Shown piece by piece: positions 9,424-20,125 of a DNA stretch of 64,000 bases; position 1 is the first letter of the stretch, and every line of letters begins with the position of its first letter. The notes beneath the pieces were generated by a model. It was given only the letters and a program-made list of their open reading frames with translations. It searched no databases and was not told where the DNA came from. The position numbers and the translations under genes are program-made. This DNA is from Rhodospirillaceae bacterium. Lineage in GTDB: Bacteria; Pseudomonadota; Alphaproteobacteria; Rhodospirillales; UBA2165. The stretch is from contig JABHAA010000156.1 in NCBI GenBank assembly GCA_018674495.1, forward strand, positions 7,928-71,927, read 5' to 3'.

Positions 9424-12087
9424 CTACTCCTCTTCTAGCGCCTTTAATCTATAGATAAGCTCCAACGCTTCCTTCGGGCTCAGATCGTCGGCGCTGATCT
9501 CGGCGAGGGCCTGTTCCAGGAGCGACGGCCCTTTGTCCGGCGGGGTGCCGCGCACCTGGGCGAACAGGGGCAAGTCTTCGGCGAGGCGGGTGACGGCGCC
9601 GCCTTGGTTTTCTTTTTCCAATGCGGCGAGAACGGCCTCGGCGCGCATCACCACATCGTCGGGCAAGCCGGCCAGGCGGCCCACATGGATGCCGTAGGAA
9701 CGATCGGCCGCCCCCGGCGCCACCTCGTGCAGGAAGACCACGTCGCCCTTCCATTCCTTGACCCGCATGGTGTGGACGCCGAGCGCATCCAGCTTACCGG
9801 TCAGGGTGGTCAGCTCGTGATAGTGGGTGGCGAACAGGCCCCGGCATTGGTTCGCATCATGCAATTGTTCAACCACCGCCCAGGCGATGGAGAGGCCGTC
9901 GAAGGTGGCCGTGCCGCGCCCGATCTCGTCGAGTATTACAAAGGAACGGCGCGTGGCCTGGGCCAGGATGGCGGCGGTTTCGACCATTTCGACCATGAAG
10001 GTGGAGCGGCCACGGGCCAGATCATCGGCGGCACCAACGCGTGAAAACAACCGATCAATGACGCCCATTTGGGCGGCCTCAGCGGGCACGAACGAGCCCA
10101 TTTGCGCTAAGACGGCGATCAGCGCGTTTTGTCTTAGGAACGTGCTTTTGCCGGCCATGTTAGGCCCGGTCAGCAGCCACAACCGGTCGCCAGCGCCTAA
10201 GGCGCAATCATTGGCGATGAACGGCGTCTCGGTCGCCAGGCTTTCGACCACCGGATGGCGCCCGCCGATGATATGAAAATCCAGCCCGGAATCGACAACG
10301 GGCCGGGCGTAGCGGCCCTCCAACGCCAATTGGGCGTGCGACGCGGCCACATCGAAATGGGCCAGGGCGCGGGCGGCCAGCGCAATGGCTTCGGCCTCAG
10401 CGGCCACATCGGCGCACAAGCCCTCGAACAATTCCAGCTCCAACGCCAAAGCCTTGTCGGCGGCGCTGGCCAGCTTGCCTTCCAATTCGCCCAGCTCGAC
10501 CGTGGTAAAGCGCAGCGCGTTCTTCATGGTCTGGCGGTGAATGAACGGGCCGTCCGGGGCTTGGGGCAATGCATCGGCATTCTTGGCGGTGACTTCAATG
10601 AAATAGCCAAGCACGTTGTTGTGGCGAACCTTTAAGGCCGCGACGCCGGTTTCGGCGGCATACTTATCCTGCAATCCCGCCACAAGGCGGCGGCTTTCGT
10701 CGCGCAGGCTGCGCAATTCATCGAAGGGGATCGAATAGCCGCTTGCGATGAAACCGCCGTCCCGCGCATGCACCGGCAATTCGGCGTCCAGCGCCTTGGT
10801 CAATTCATCGACCAGCCGGCCATGCTCGCCAAGATCGTCCAGCCAGGCGGTAATCAGCGCCGGCGCATCGGCGCCATCAAAAGCGGTGCGCATATGGTGG
10901 GTGAGGGCGAGGCCGTCCCGCATGGCGGCCAGATCGCGGGGGCCGCCGCGCCCCAGGCTAAGCCGCGACAAGGCCCGCTCCATATCCGGGCAGCGCGAGA
11001 GGAGCGTCTGCGCTTCATCCCGGAGCGTGGTTTGATCGTAAAAAAGCTGTACCGCGTCCAGGCGCGCATCGATGTCCGCCGGCTCGGTCAGGGGCGCCGC
11101 CAGATGGGCTTGCAGGAGCCGCGCGCCGGCGCCGGTGCGGGTTTTGTCGATGACGCTGAGGAGGCTGCCCTTGCGCTCGCCGGTCATGGTCTGGCTCAGT
11201 TCCAGATTGCGTCTGGTGGCGGCATCGATTTCCAGAACCGCGCCGTCAGCGAGGCGCTTGGGCGTCCCAATGCGCGGCATCTGGCCTTTTTGCGTCAGCG
11301 CCACATAATCGATGAGGGCACCGCCTGCGGCCAGCTCGGCGCGGGAAAAATGACCAAAGCCATCCAAGCTTTGCACGCCATAGAGCGCCTGCAATCGCTT
11401 CGCTCCATTGGCGCTGTCGAAGCGGCTGGCCGGCATCGGGGTCAGCACCTGGGCCCAGGGATCGAAATGATGGCGGACGTCTTCGCGCTGGGCAATGGTC
11501 TCGGGCACCAGCAGCTCGCCCGGATCGAGGCGCGCCAGGCCGGAGCCGAGGCCGCTTTGCGCCAACGCCTGCATATGGAAATCGCCGGTGGACATATCCA
11601 GCCAGGCCAGCCCGAAACCGCCGCCGGCCTCGGCAATGGCGGCCAGGTAATTGTTGCGCCTAGCATCCAGTAACGTGTCTTCGGTGAGGGTGCCGGCGGT
11701 GATGGTGCGCATTACCGCCCGGTTGACCACCGATTTTGCGCCCCGGCGCTTTTTCGCTTCTGCCGGATCTTCGGTCTGCTCGCAGACCGCCACCTTGAAG
11801 CCGGATTTTATCAGGCGCAGAAGATAGCTTTCGTGGGAATGTACCGGTACCCCGCACATGGGAATATCTTCGCCCAGATGCTTGCCGCGCTTGGTGAGGG
11901 TGATGTCGAGGGCGGCGGCGGCGGACACCGCATCATCGAAAAACAGCTCGTAAAAATCGCCCATGCGGTAAAACAGCAAACAGTCCGGATGGTCCCGCTT
12001 GATGGCCAGATATTGGATCATCATCGGCGTCGCCGCTTCGGCAGGCGGCGGAATTTGCGGCGGGTTTTCGGTCGCGGACTGAACCAA
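9424..12087 (-). CDS. mutS: DNA mismatch repair protein MutS
   Basis: 887 aa with mismatch-binding N-terminus [11 protein letters not shown] and Walker [10 protein letters not shown]. Confidence 0.95.
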   Translation of the reverse strand: MVQSATENPPQIPPPAEAATPMMIQYLAIKRDHPDCLLFYRMGDFYELFFDDAVSAAAALDITLTKRGKHLGEDIPMCGVPVHSHESYLLRLIKSGFKVAVCEQTEDPAEAKKRRGAKSVVNRAVMRTITAGTLTEDTLLDARRNNYLAAIAEAGGGFGLAWLDMSTGDFHMQALAQSGLGSGLARLDPGELLVPETIAQREDVRHHFDPWAQVLTPMPASRFDSANGAKRLQALYGVQSLDGFGHFSRAELAAGGALIDYVALTQKGQMPRIGTPKRLADGAVLEIDAATRRNLELSQTMTGERKGSLLSVIDKTRTGAGARLLQAHLAAPLTEPADIDARLDAVQLFYDQTTLRDEAQTLLSRCPDMERALSRLSLGRGGPRDLAAMRDGLALTHHMRTAFDGADAPALITAWLDDLGEHGRLVDELTKALDAELPVHARDGGFIASGYSIPFDELRSLRDESRRLVAGLQDKYAAETGVAALKVRHNNVLGYFIEVTAKNADALPQAPDGPFIHRQTMKNALRFTTVELGELEGKLASAADKALALELELFEGLCADVAAEAEAIALAARALAHFDVAASHAQLALEGRYARPVVDSGLDFHIIGGRHPVVESLATETPFIANDCALGAGDRLWLLTGPNMAGKSTFLRQNALIAVLAQMGSFVPAEAAQMGVIDRLFSRVGAADDLARGRSTFMVEMVETAAILAQATRRSFVILDEIGRGTATFDGLSIAWAVVEQLHDANQCRGLFATHYHELTTLTGKLDALGVHTMRVKEWKGDVVFLHEVAPGAADRSYGIHVGRLAGLPDDVVMRAEAVLAALEKENQGGAVTRLAEDLPLFAQVRGTPPDKGPSLLEQALAEISADDLSPKEALELIYRLKALEEE

Positions 12088-12138
12088 GGGCTTTGATCTA
12101 CATCGGTGGTTGCGGAGAGGCGCAGCCTAGCAAACTAA

Positions 12139-12633
12139 TCAAAGCGCCGCCATGGCCGCTTGATGATGGCCGGTCGTTACCTGTCCAAAGCAGCAGAAGG
12201 TCACGTCCATGTTATTGCCTTGCAGAAATTCGGCCACGGTAGCGACGGCAATCATCGCCGCCGCATCGCCCGGATAGCCGTAGACGCCGGTGGATATGGC
12301 AGGGAAGGCGATGCTGTTGATGCCGTTTTCCGATGCCAGGAGAAGTGAATTCTTATAACAGGCGGCAAGCAAGTCCGCCTCGCCCTCGCCGCCGCCCCGC
12401 CATACCGGCCCCACAGTGTGGATCACATGGCGGGCGGGTAAATCATAACCGTCGCTCAAGCGCGCTTCCCCGGTGGGGCAGCCGCCGATTTGCCGGCATT
12501 CCTCCAAAAGCCCCGGCCCGGCGGCCCGGTGGATGGCGCCATCGACGCCGCCGCCGCCCAACAGCGCCTCGTTGGCCGCATTGACGATGGCGTCCATATC
12601 CAATGTGGTGATGTCGGCTTCGATGATGTTCAT
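12139..12633 (-). CDS. macro-domain protein (O-acetyl-ADP-ribose deacetylase, YmdB-like)
   Basis: 164 aa with macro-domain motifs [18 protein letters not shown] and ISTGVYGYP. Confidence 0.85.
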   Translation of the reverse strand: MNIIEADITTLDMDAIVNAANEALLGGGGVDGAIHRAAGPGLLEECRQIGGCPTGEARLSDGYDLPARHVIHTVGPVWRGGGEGEADLLAACYKNSLLLASENGINSIAFPAISTGVYGYPGDAAAMIAVATVAEFLQGNNMDVTFCCFGQVTTGHHQAAMAAL

Positions 12634-13337
12634 GGCTCCGCTGTTGCCGCCGTCAATGCCGCCAGCCGGGTGGCATGGATGTGATCAGCATTGATGCGCT
12701 CAAACACGCCGAGCCTTTCCAGCACACCATGGACGCCGGCGCTCATGCCGGCCAAATGCACCGATGCGCCGAGGGACTGGGCGCGGGCCAGGATATCGTC
12801 GATGGCGAAGGCGCCCGTGGTGTCGACCAACGGCACGTCGGTGAAATCCAGCACCAGTATGTGATGGGCATCGTCCAGAACCAGTTGCCGGGCCATGCCT
12901 TTGGCGGCGCCGAAACTGACCGGGCCGGCAAAGTAATAAAGGATGATCTGATGCGCGCAGCCATCGAGCAACGCCTGCTCGGCGGCGCTTAAATTCATGC
13001 CGCCGTCTTCATCCGCCTCGCCGTTTCTAGTGGCGCGCACGCTGCTCATTTGTAAATCCGACATGCGTTTTACGAACAACAGGCTGGCCGCCACCATGCC
13101 GGTGGCAAAGGCGATAATCAGATCGACGAACACGGTGAGCCCCAGCACCACCAGCATGATCACCACGCCGGCCCGGGGCGCCCGGGGAGCCCGCTTCAAG
13201 TAACCCCAATCGATAATGTCGATGCCGACTTTCATGAGGATGCCGGCCAGCACCGCGTGCGGGATGAGACTGGCCAGGGGCCCGAGCCCGAGCACGATGG
13301 CGAGCAGTACCAGGGCGGCCACCAACCCACCGAACAA
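12630..13337 (-). pseudogene. 5'-truncated SulP-family anion transporter remnant (last TM helices + STAS domain)
   Basis: Only 235 aa, consisting of about 3 hydrophobic helices plus a STAS-like C-terminus. The only start is TTG. The frame stays open upstream (GGQPIAIINGFDLKNLRGD) to a TAA at 13395-13397, just 10 nt from the ald stop codon. Full-length SulP proteins are roughly twice this size. Confidence 0.55.
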
Positions 13338-13407
13338 ATCGCCGCGCAGGTTCTTTAGATCAAAGCCGTTGATGATGGCGATCGGCTGCCCCCCTTAAGC
13401 CAAAGCT

Positions 13408-14523
13408 TCAGCCTAGCGCTTCGGCGGCGGGACGGTAATCGAGGCCGAGATCTTCGGCCACCGCCTTGTAGGTCACATGCCCCCGGCAGACATTGAGGCC
13501 GTTCATCAAATGGGCATCGGCGCGCAACGCCGCCTCGGCCCCTTGATCTGCCAGCGCCAAGATGAACGGCAAGGTCGCGTTGTTGAGCGCGCGCGCCGAG
13601 GTGCGCGCCACGGCGCCCGGCATGTTGGTGACGCAGTAATGCACCACATCATCGACCAGATATGTGGGATCGGCGTGGGTGGTGGGCTTGGACGTCTCAA
13701 AACAGCCGCCCTGATCGATAGCCACGTCAACCACCACGGCGCCTTTTTGCATGGCCGAAATCATCTCCTTCGTGACCAATCTGGGCGCGGCGGCGCCCGG
13801 TACCAGCACGGCGCCGACCACCAGATCAGCGCCAGTGACGAACTGCTCGACCGTGTCTATGGTTGCGAAGATGGTGTTCAGCGTCGGGCCGAACTGCATA
13901 TCCAGCTCGTTCAGGCGGGCCAGGGATTTGTCGATCACCGTGACCGAGGCTTCGAGCCCCATGGCCATGCGCGCCGCGTTGGTGCCGACCACGCCGCCGC
14001 CAAGAATGACCACCTTGGCCACCGGCACGCCGGGCACACCGCCCAGCAAAATACCGGCGCCGCCTTGCTCTTTCTCCAAACAGTGGGCGCCGACCTGCAC
14101 CGACATGCGCCCGGCCACCTCGCTCATGGGTGCCAATAATGGTAAGCCGCCGCGATCGTCGGTGACCGTTTCATAGGCAACGGCGATGGCGCCGGACGCC
14201 ACCAGCCCCGCCGTCTGCTCCGGCTCGGCGGCAAGATGCAGATAGGTAAACAGAACCTGGTTTTCGCGCAGCATGGGAATTTCGGAAGCCTGCGGCTCCT
14301 TCACCTTGACCACCATATCGCCAGCGGCGAACACAGCGGCAGCATCCGAGCCGATCTCGGCGCCCGCCTTGATATAGGCGTCATCGCCAAAGCCGACGCC
14401 GGCGCCGGCGCCGCTTTCGATGATCACCTGATGGCCGTGATGGACGGCTTCACGAACCGAGGCGGGGACCATGCCGACCCGGTATTCGTGAACCTTGATT
14501 TCCTTGGGCACGCCGATGCGCAT
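13408..14523 (-). CDS. ald: alanine dehydrogenase
   Basis: 371 aa with MRIGVPKEIKVHEYRVG N-terminus and NAD motif ILGGGVVG. Confidence 0.95.
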   Translation of the reverse strand: MRIGVPKEIKVHEYRVGMVPASVREAVHHGHQVIIESGAGAGVGFGDDAYIKAGAEIGSDAAAVFAAGDMVVKVKEPQASEIPMLRENQVLFTYLHLAAEPEQTAGLVASGAIAVAYETVTDDRGGLPLLAPMSEVAGRMSVQVGAHCLEKEQGGAGILLGGVPGVPVAKVVILGGGVVGTNAARMAMGLEASVTVIDKSLARLNELDMQFGPTLNTIFATIDTVEQFVTGADLVVGAVLVPGAAAPRLVTKEMISAMQKGAVVVDVAIDQGGCFETSKPTTHADPTYLVDDVVHYCVTNMPGAVARTSARALNNATLPFILALADQGAEAALRADAHLMNGLNVCRGHVTYKAVAEDLGLDYRPAAEALG

Positions 14524-14597
14524 GGAGTCTCTCCCGGATTATTTTTCTCTCCTTAATATGTGGTGACACAGCGTATTTACGCAACCGGCACTTTGCC

Positions 14598-14617
14598 TAA
14601 CACAAGAAGCTGTGTTA
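14598..14617. promoter_or_regulatory. perfect 7-bp inverted repeat TAACACA-N6-TGTGTTA (candidate operator or leader hairpin)
   Basis: Read directly from the sequence. It lies in the ald/GT9 divergent intergenic region and ends 10 nt before the GT9 ATG (14627). Confidence 0.4.
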
Positions 14618-14626
14618 ACCGGAAGC

Positions 14627-15625
14627 ATGAGCGAAAGCGATCCGGTAAACACGGTGCTGGTCTATGTGGGCCTCGACCGCATCGGCGACAGCCTCTTGAA
14701 GCTGCCCTTCGTGCGCGGCCTTCGGGACGCTTATCCGGGTGCCCACATCACATGGCTGGCGGGCAAGGATACCAGCGTCTATGCGGGCATCATGGCACCG
14801 GTGGTCGCCGGGCTGTTGGACGAGGTAATCGAATGCGCCGGTATTGGCCTCAGCCCCAAGGAGCTTTTGCGCCGGCCTTTAAATGGGCGCGCGTTCGATC
14901 TGATCATCGATACCCAGCGGGTTGCCTTGGCGTCATTGGTTTTGTGGCGCATTCGCCACAAACATTTCGTCTCGCCGTTCGGAAAATTTATCCTGTCGTC
15001 GAAGAAGCCGCCCAAGGACTACCAGTTCCCCAAATCCATGCAGCGCCAGGTGTTGGATCTGTTGGAGATCGCCAGCGGCCGATCCGTTCCGACGCCGACC
15101 ACGCTTGATCTGGCGCTCGATCCGGAACTGGAACGCATCGCCGAGGCGTTGTTACCGGACGGGCCGGACTATGTGGGCTACGCTCCCGGCGCCGGAGGGC
15201 TGCCCAAATGCTGGCCGCTGGAAAATTTCATCGCGGCGGCCAATAGCGCCGGCGGCAAGCCGGTGATATTCCTCGGCCCCCAGGAAACCGACTGGATCGA
15301 ACGGGTGCGCAGCGATGCCCCGGACGCCCTGCTGCCGCTTCAGGCAAACAATGTGGGCGCGGTCCATGATTTCGCGCCGCAATTGACCATCGCCATGGCA
15401 AGACGGCTCAAACTGGCGGTGTCCAACGATTCCGGCACCGGCCATATGTTCGCCGTTTCCGGCGTGCCGCTGATTTCGTTGTTCGGGCGCACGGTGCCGG
15501 AGAAATTCACCCCCATGGCCAGCCGCCTGACCATCATCCGCGCCCAGGATTACGGCGGCCGCGAGATGCACCTGATCCCGGTGGCGGCGGTGATCGAAGC
15601 GATAGGTAGGGAGCTGAAACTTTAG
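14627..15625 (+). CDS. glycosyltransferase family 9 (heptosyltransferase-like)
   Basis: Trimmed to ATG 14627 (GGAAG upstream). GT9-style N-terminal LDRIGDSLL and C-terminal NDSGTGHM motifs. Confidence 0.7.
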   Translation: MSESDPVNTVLVYVGLDRIGDSLLKLPFVRGLRDAYPGAHITWLAGKDTSVYAGIMAPVVAGLLDEVIECAGIGLSPKELLRRPLNGRAFDLIIDTQRVALASLVLWRIRHKHFVSPFGKFILSSKKPPKDYQFPKSMQRQVLDLLEIASGRSVPTPTTLDLALDPELERIAEALLPDGPDYVGYAPGAGGLPKCWPLENFIAAANSAGGKPVIFLGPQETDWIERVRSDAPDALLPLQANNVGAVHDFAPQLTIAMARRLKLAVSNDSGTGHMFAVSGVPLISLFGRTVPEKFTPMASRLTIIRAQDYGGREMHLIPVAAVIEAIGRELKL

Positions 15626-16821
15626 ACCGGCTCGCCCTTGAGCAATTTGGGCAAACGCCCGGCTTCGCCCATGGCGTGGCGCATGAAGAAGCGCTTCAAC
15701 GGGCCCGACCGGTTGACCAGGGCCAGACCCACATCCCTTGCCAGACGCACCGGTGCGATATCGTTGGAGAACAAGCGGTTGATGCCGTCGGTCAGCGACA
15801 GCATCAGCATGGCATCGAAGCGCCGCCAGCGGTCGTAGCGTTCCAAAATGTGCGCCGCGCCGATGTCGAGGCCGAGGCGATGCGCCTCGATCACCACCTC
15901 GGCGAGGGCGGCCACGTCGCGCAAGCCGAGATTGAGCCCTTGCCCGGCGATGGGATGCATACCGTGGGCGGCATCGCCAACCAGGGCCAGGCGCTTGTCG
16001 ATGCAGCGATGGGCAAATTGCAAGTCCAGGGGATAGGTCCAGCGGGGCCCGGCCAAGGACAATGCGCCCAAGAAATCACCAAAGCGCTGGCCGAGGGCGT
16101 CCAGAAAGCCAGCGTCGTCCAACTCCATGATATCCGGCACAAGGCCGACGCGTTCGGTCCAGACGATGGACGAGCGGTTGCCGGATATGGGCAGGATGGC
16201 GAACGGCCCCGATGGCAAAAAATGCTCGTGCGCCACATTGTTGTGGGGCTTTTCATGGGCGATGGTGCAGACAATGGCGGTCTGCTTATAGGACCAGCGG
16301 GTGAGGGCGATATCGGTCTGGCCGCGCAAATATGATTGACGCCCATCGGCGCCGATCACCAGGGGGGCATTGAACGTGCGGCCATCACTTAAGGTCAGGC
16401 GGGCGCCTTCGGGTGCACGTTCCACGCCGGTAATCTCCGCCGGCGCGATATAGGTAACTCCGGGATGGGGCCTAAGGGCCTGGAACAAGGCGCTGCGCAT
16501 ATGCCGGTTCTCGACCATATAGCCGAGCGGCGCATCACCAATCTCGGTGTGATCGTAATGCAGAAACAATTTGGAGGCGCCATCGGCCACCCTTATGTCG
16601 AGGATCGGCGTCGCTTCGGCCAGATGCTCCCAGATTCCGAGGTGGGAAAGCATTCGTTTCGGTGCCTGCGCGATAGCCGAGGCGCGGCCGTCAAAGCCGG
16701 CGTCCAACTGGCCGCGCTGATCGACGCGGTCGATAACGACAACCTCCAGCCCCGCTTGGGCCAGGGCCACACAAAGCGCCGCTCCCACAAGGCCGCCGCC
16801 GACTATCATTACATCCGCCAT
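15622..16821 (-). CDS. UbiH/UbiF/VisC/COQ6-family FAD-dependent ubiquinone biosynthesis hydroxylase
   Basis: FAD motif VMIVGGGLVGAAL and C-terminal GDAAHGMHPIAGQGLNLG. Confidence 0.85.
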   Translation of the reverse strand: MADVMIVGGGLVGAALCVALAQAGLEVVVIDRVDQRGQLDAGFDGRASAIAQAPKRMLSHLGIWEHLAEATPILDIRVADGASKLFLHYDHTEIGDAPLGYMVENRHMRSALFQALRPHPGVTYIAPAEITGVERAPEGARLTLSDGRTFNAPLVIGADGRQSYLRGQTDIALTRWSYKQTAIVCTIAHEKPHNNVAHEHFLPSGPFAILPISGNRSSIVWTERVGLVPDIMELDDAGFLDALGQRFGDFLGALSLAGPRWTYPLDLQFAHRCIDKRLALVGDAAHGMHPIAGQGLNLGLRDVAALAEVVIEAHRLGLDIGAAHILERYDRWRRFDAMLMLSLTDGINRLFSNDIAPVRLARDVGLALVNRSGPLKRFFMRHAMGEAGRLPKLLKGEPV

Positions 16822-17086
16822 GATTCCTTAGAAATGAACCCATCGGTGGGTAAAGTCCAGTGGGCTTAGCCGGGAGGAAATTGATTAAAAAATAGTCATT
16901 TTTTTTATTTGTGCATATTTTATTCGACCTTTTGGCCCCAATTCAGCTTCCAAAACCTCGAAAATGTCCTAACGTGTTGAAAACAAACTATTATCGGTGT
17001 TGGCATAGTTATTGAGTTATAAGGGGTCGGGCGGTATTCCGGGCCAGACCGAGCGCGCACGCAATGAGCAGGTTTGTTCCGGAACA

Positions 17087-17108
17087 CTTGATATTGCCTT
17101 GATATTGC
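17087..17108. repeat. perfect tandem duplication of the 11-mer CTTGATATTGC (third degenerate TTGATCAT at 17117-17124)
   Basis: Copies at 17087-17097 and 17098-17108 are identical. The repeat sits 76-97 bp upstream of the amtB ATG. Confidence 0.85.
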
Positions 17109-17183
17109 GCGATGAGTTGATCATCGCCGGTCGATGCGGGGAATACGCGGATCGGCGTAATGCATACTTTGGGAGGACATAGG

Positions 17184-18512
17184 ATGCATCGTCTTAGGGG
17201 AACCAAATTTCTATTGCCCGCTATCGCGGGTATTTTGCTGATTTTACCGGACAGCGCATGGGCACAAAGCGCGGCCAAGCTGTCGGGGGGCAACACCGCC
17301 TGGATCATCACCGCAACGGCGCTGGTTCTGTTCATGACCATGCCCGGACTGGCGCTGTTTTACGGCGGCCTGGTGCGCTCCAAAAACGTGCTTTCGGTGT
17401 TGATGCATTGTTTCGCGATCACCGCCATTTCATCGATTTTGTGGCTGGTGCTGGCCTATTCCATTGCTTTCGGCGGTGACGGCATCTGGTGGGGCGGGCT
17501 CTCCAAGAGCTTCCTTTCCGGCGTCGGCGTCGATACTTTGTTCGGCGATATTCCGGAAAGCGTCTTCTTCATGTTCCAGATGACATTCGCCATCATCACC
17601 CCCGGCCTGATCGTCGGCGCTTATGTAGAGCGTATCAAATTTTCCGCCGTGGTTATCTTCTCAGGCCTTTGGCTGATCATCGTCTATGCGCCGTCAGCCC
17701 ATTGGATCTGGGGCGGTGGACTGTTGGCCAATCTGGGATGGGCCGGGCTCGAAGGCTATGCCACCATGGACTTTGCTGGCGGACTGGTTGTCCACGCCAA
17801 CGCCGGCGTCGCCGCCCTGCTCATCGCCAAAGTGCTTGGGCCTCGCCGGGGTTTCCCCAGTGAGCTGCGCCCGCCGCATAATCCCGGCATGGTTATGATC
17901 GGCGCCGCCATGCTGTGGGTCGGCTGGTTCGGCTTCAACGCCGGATCGGCGCTGGCCGCCAACGGCTCGGCCGGCATGGCGATGACCGTCACCCATATTT
18001 CGGCGGCCACCGCGTGTTTGGTCTGGATTGCCATCGAATGGATCAAGTTCGGCAAGCCCAGCCTAGTCGGCATTGCCACCGGAGCCATTGCAGGGCTAGC
18101 GACAATCACGCCCGGCTCCGGCTTCGTTGGTCCGGTGGGCGCGCTGGTCTATGGCTTGCTGGCCGGTGTCATTTGCTTCTTTGCCATCAACCTGATCAAG
18201 AAGACCTTGAAGATCGACGATTCCTTGGACGTGTTCGCGGTCCATGGGGTCGGCGGCATCCTCGGCATTTTGCTGACCGGCATCTTCGCCGATTCCAGCT
18301 TCGGCGGCGTGGGATTGCCAGAGGGCGTTTCCATCGGCACCGCCTTTTTGGGTCAGTTGATCGCCGTCGGCGTGACCATTGTCTGGGCCGCCATCGCCGG
18401 CTACATCATCATCAAAATCACGCAAGCCGTCGTTGGGCTGCGGGTCAATGAAGATGATGAGAGCGAGGGGCTCGATCTTACCGAACATGGCGAGCGCGGC
18501 TACGACTTGTAG
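17184..18512 (+). CDS. amtB: ammonium transporter AmtB
   Basis: Trimmed to ATG 17184 (GGGAGGA SD). Signal peptide, multiple TM helices, and Amt signatures DFAGGLVVH and AVHGVGGILG. Confidence 0.95.
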   Translation: MHRLRGTKFLLPAIAGILLILPDSAWAQSAAKLSGGNTAWIITATALVLFMTMPGLALFYGGLVRSKNVLSVLMHCFAITAISSILWLVLAYSIAFGGDGIWWGGLSKSFLSGVGVDTLFGDIPESVFFMFQMTFAIITPGLIVGAYVERIKFSAVVIFSGLWLIIVYAPSAHWIWGGGLLANLGWAGLEGYATMDFAGGLVVHANAGVAALLIAKVLGPRRGFPSELRPPHNPGMVMIGAAMLWVGWFGFNAGSALAANGSAGMAMTVTHISAATACLVWIAIEWIKFGKPSLVGIATGAIAGLATITPGSGFVGPVGALVYGLLAGVICFFAINLIKKTLKIDDSLDVFAVHGVGGILGILLTGIFADSSFGGVGLPEGVSIGTAFLGQLIAVGVTIVWAAIAGYIIIKITQAVVGLRVNEDDESEGLDLTEHGERGYDL

Positions 18513-18554
18513 TCGCCCGCTATGGTCTAACCTAGAGACTGCACGCGTTGATGA

Positions 18555-18905
<351 letters not shown>

Positions 18906-18921
18906 TCCAGCTTGGTATTCT

Positions 18922-20118
18922 ATGCATAATGACGCCCTCGATGCCCTGACCGACTATCCGTTTGACCGGCTGCGGGCGCTTTTGGGCGGACTGGACGGAC
19001 CGGCGGGGATCAAGCCGGTCATCATGTCCCTGGGCGAGCCGCAACACCCATCGCCGGCCATCCTGGCCGAAACCGTCGTCGCCCACGCAGGCGATTGGAA
19101 CCGCTATCCACCGGTGGCCGGAACGCCGGAGTTGCTTGGCGCGATCACCGATTGGCTTACCCGGCGCTATGGATTGCCCGATAGCTTCATCGCGCCCGGC
19201 GAAAACGTGGTCGCCGTTTCCGGCACCCGGGAAGCCTTGTATATGGCCGGCGATATCTGCATCCCCGGTGCGGGCGACGATGGCGCGCCGCCCCTGGTGC
19301 TAATCCCCAATCCATTTTATCAGGTCTATGTGGGTGCGACCCTCATGCGCCGGGCCGAGCCGCTTTATATGCCGGCCACCAAGGCCACCGGCTTCCTGCC
19401 CGATTTCACTGCTGTGAGCGCGGATGATTTGCGCCGCACTGCCCTCGCCTTTCTCTGCTCGCCGGCCAATCCGCAAGGCACCATCGCCGATCTGGACTAC
19501 CTGAAGGCGGCGATTACCATGGCCCGGGAATATGATTTCGTGCTCGCCGCCGATGAATGCTATGCGGAAATCTATGACGCCGAGGCGCCCCCCGGCCTGT
19601 TGCAGGCAGCCGCCGAACTTGGCGGCGGGCTAGACAATATCCTGGTCTTTCATTCCCTCTCTAAACGGTCCAGCGCGCCGGGATTGCGCGCCGGCTTCGT
19701 CGCTGGTGATCCTGATTTGATCCAGCACTTCAAAACCTTGCGCAATTATGGCGGCGCCACCTTGCCTATCCCGATCCTGGCGGCGGCGGCGGCGCTCTGG
19801 CGGGACGATACCCACGCCGAGAGCAACCGCGCCCTTTACCGGCAAAAATTCGATCTGGCCGATCAGATATTGCAGGGCCAGTTGGGCTACTACCGGCCCG
19901 GCGGCGGCTTTTATCTGTGGCTGGATGTGGGCGACGGCGAAGATGCGGCGCGCAGGCTGTGGTGCGAAGCCGGGGTGCGCGTCATTCCCGGCGGCTATTT
20001 GGCCCGCGCCGGCGCCGATGGCATCAATCCCGGCGCGCCCTATATCCGTATCGCCTTAGTGCAGACCCCGGACGAGATTGGCGACGCCCTCAGCCGCATC
20101 CGGGATTGCCTGGTCTAG
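18922..20118 (+). CDS. class I PLP-dependent aminotransferase (DapC/succinyldiaminopimelate-transaminase-like)
   Basis: 398 aa with PLP-lysine region SLSKRSSAPGLRAG. The N-terminal DYPFDRLRALL resembles DapC-type enzymes. Substrate was not determined. Confidence 0.75.
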   Translation: MHNDALDALTDYPFDRLRALLGGLDGPAGIKPVIMSLGEPQHPSPAILAETVVAHAGDWNRYPPVAGTPELLGAITDWLTRRYGLPDSFIAPGENVVAVSGTREALYMAGDICIPGAGDDGAPPLVLIPNPFYQVYVGATLMRRAEPLYMPATKATGFLPDFTAVSADDLRRTALAFLCSPANPQGTIADLDYLKAAITMAREYDFVLAADECYAEIYDAEAPPGLLQAAAELGGGLDNILVFHSLSKRSSAPGLRAGFVAGDPDLIQHFKTLRNYGGATLPIPILAAAAALWRDDTHAESNRALYRQKFDLADQILQGQLGYYRPGGGFYLWLDVGDGEDAARRLWCEAGVRVIPGGYLARAGADGINPGAPYIRIALVQTPDEIGDALSRIRDCLV

Positions 20119-20125
20119 GCGGCCC

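Noticed and set aside
17001-17016. Sigma-54-like elements upstream of amtB: TGGCATagttaTTGAG (17001-17016) and TGGCCCcaattCAGCT (16933-16948).
   Set aside because: The first lacks the invariant -12 GC (it has GA). The second has GG-N10-GC but poor flanks. Both would give leaders of more than 165 nt. They cannot be distinguished from chance without TSS data.
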